The notes under the pieces were generated by a model, which was given only the letters and a program-made list of their open reading frames with translations, was not told the DNA's origin and did no database searches. From contig JBHGNT010000297.1 of the NCBI GenBank assembly GCA_043228905.1, forward strand, positions 1 through 38,058: a stretch of 38,058 nt of DNA, written 5' to 3'. How positions within the stretch are numbered: the stretch's first letter is position 1; each line of letters begins with the position of its first letter. The translations under genes and the position numbers were made by a program. Origin of the DNA: Azolla caroliniana (taxonomy: Eukaryota > Plantae > Polypodiophyta). Below are positions 36,052 to 38,058 of the stretch, one piece after another.

Positions 36052-36599
36052 GGAAGCAATCGAGAAGCACGATAGCCATAGTTGGATGAAGCAAATTAGA
36101 AGTGTTTGGATTGATAAATGTGATATAAATCAAGATGAGAGATTTAAGTAATAGATGAGAAAAAAAGTCGAATTGAAATGTTTGCCAATGGAAAGACATT
36201 GAGGAATTAGAATTAAAATTAAAATTTTTATCGTCCATAAAGAGGCCAAATTTGATCTATGGAAACTAGAGTATACGTGTGTTCTTGATATATGTCTCCT
36301 TCCTAAGAAGGGGTATTCATACGTTGAAGCAATCGAGAAGCACGATAGCCATAGTTGGATGAAGCAAATTAGAAGTGTTTGGATTGATAAATGTGATGTG
36401 GATCAAGATGAGAGATTTAAGTAATAGATGAGAAAAAAAAGTCGAATTGAAATGTTTGCCAATGGAAAGACATTGAGGAATTAGAATTAGAATTTTTATC
36501 GTCCATAAAGAGGCCAATTTTGACCTATGGAAACCAGAGTATACATGTGTTCTTGAGATATGTCTCCTTCCTAAGAAGGGGTATTCATACGTTGAAGCA
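36052..36599. repeat. Tandem ~270-bp duplication overlapping the 3' end of the LINE remnant
   Basis: GAAGCAATCGAGAAGCACGATAGCC at 36052 and 36326; TATGTCTCCTTCCTAAGAAGGGG at about 36291 and 36560. Confidence 0.9.
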
Positions 36600-37095
36600 C
36601 AAAGTTTCTATATGTTAGTAAAGCATACACATATGAGCTCAACCTTGGTGGTGTCTTAAGTATGGCACTTAAGTTATCACTCCCTCTTAGTATGTCAGCA
36701 TATCTTGAACGAATTGCACTATATGTCGAGCATGTGAAGAGCAAGTGACATTCATCCTCTACCATGCCTTCATTGCATACTTTACATGTTTTCAAATTCG
36801 TTACATTTTGATACCATGATGCAACTTCAATACCTAACTTGTGAGATTGAGTGTAAAGTAGTGTAAGGGCTCTACCAGCATTACTACTCATATTGGTAAT
36901 GAGATAAGGTTAGATACGATCAATAGACATTCTTGCTTTATATTGAGACCAATAGATGCATAAGAGAGTCCAAGTGTTAGGTATTCCATAGGGAGTTTTC
37001 ACCAAATGAAGGAATTCACTTGTAAATAAGAACTTGGCACAATATGTATGCCTTCCACAAATATGCATCATTATTGGATTGGCAAATTTTTGCAA
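36540..37095 (-). mobile_element. 3' fragment of an RTEX/L2-like LINE
   Basis: SHKLGIEVASW...CKVC...VEDECHLLFTCSTYSAIR is the typical C-terminal zinc-finger region of such elements. Confidence 0.75.
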
Positions 37096-37143
37096 CTCGA
37101 AAATTTTTGTATATAAATAGATTATCTAAAGTAATTAGATAGC

Positions 37144-37216
37144 TCCGTTGTAGTCTAGTTGGTTAGGATACTCGGCTCTCACCCGAGAGACCCGGGTTCA
37201 AGTCCCGTCAACGGAA
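37144..37216 (+). tRNA. trnE-CUC: tRNA-Glu (anticodon CTC)
   Basis: Acceptor stem TCCGTTG/CAACGGA, anticodon arm CTCGG-CTCTCAC-CCGAG, GGTTCAAGTCC B box, upstream TATA near 37110, T7 terminator at 37232; one T-stem mismatch. Confidence 0.93.
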
Positions 37217-38058
37217 AACTTTATGCTTCGCTTTTTTATTTTTTCTGTGCCTAGATTGTATATGCTATAAAATGATATAATTTTGGCGAAGCATTTATTG
37301 ACAACTATGTTGCACCATGGCAGTTTGCTCCTAAAAAATAAGCATTGAAATTTTCATATATTCCACAATATAAAGAATGAAGAGGCATCCTAAATTCTAA
37401 TGATTGCAAACAATAAAACATTAGAATTTCCCTTTTAAAAGAGAAAGTACTAATAAACTATTGTCTTAGAGCTATGGTGGACATGAGCAAAGTGAAAGCA
37501 TATCATAGAAACGTAGGTATATGTATGCAAGAGAGACAAGATTGGACCAGGCCTATGAATTTGATAGAGATCAAGAAATGACTTTCTACCTTGAACACAA
37601 GTTGCTCAATGGTTTATAAATATTCCACTCGGATTTTTTGATATTTTTCATTCGCAAACCAAAAATTTCGACATTACCATACTATCACATTCTAATACTT
37701 AAAGAATCAGATGCTAGAACTCAAATCTCATACTTCAAAGTAACATCTTCATTCATAATGACTTTGTGGTAAACCGAAAAGGGTTGTATACCTATTTAGG
37801 ATAATTTCATTTTGTGCACAAGGGGCATGAAATATATTATCTAAGAAAATGTTTTACCTCTTAAGGAGACAAGAAGATGCTGATTTATTCATTGACTTGA
37901 TTGCGTCGAGAGAGGAGAGAACAAGAGAATTGGTTTTCTTTCATCCTCAAAACCCAATAGTGACCTAACAATATAAAGGCATTCGTACTGGCACAATGTG
38001 TACGATCATTTAGCATTATATCTTTTAATCTTGTTTCAATCCTCTTTTTAACTTGTAT

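Overview
Eukaryotic, transposon-rich land-plant DNA; a fern-like host is inferred from the Copia gag remnant but not proven. The only host genes are a tandem array of four intronless SAUR (small auxin-up RNA) genes with long N-terminal extensions (three intact, one pseudogene) and one tRNA-Glu(CTC). The window opens inside a minus-strand cut-and-paste DNA transposon encoding an apparently intact, two-intron, 813-aa DDD transposase of Sola (probably Sola2) type. It inserted into the zinc knuckle of an L1/Tx1-type LINE ORF1. Also present: a second, 5'-truncated LINE of the same clade; a 528-bp retroposed element that shares a conserved 3'-terminal motif with both LINEs; hAT-type MITEs with 8-bp TSDs; RTE-like LINE remnants; and a nested LTR cluster, where an internally deleted Copia carries two oppositely oriented solo LTRs. 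The SAUR units show duplication, apparent gene conversion, templated insertion and promoter loss. All calls come from reading the sequence by eye; no searches were run.
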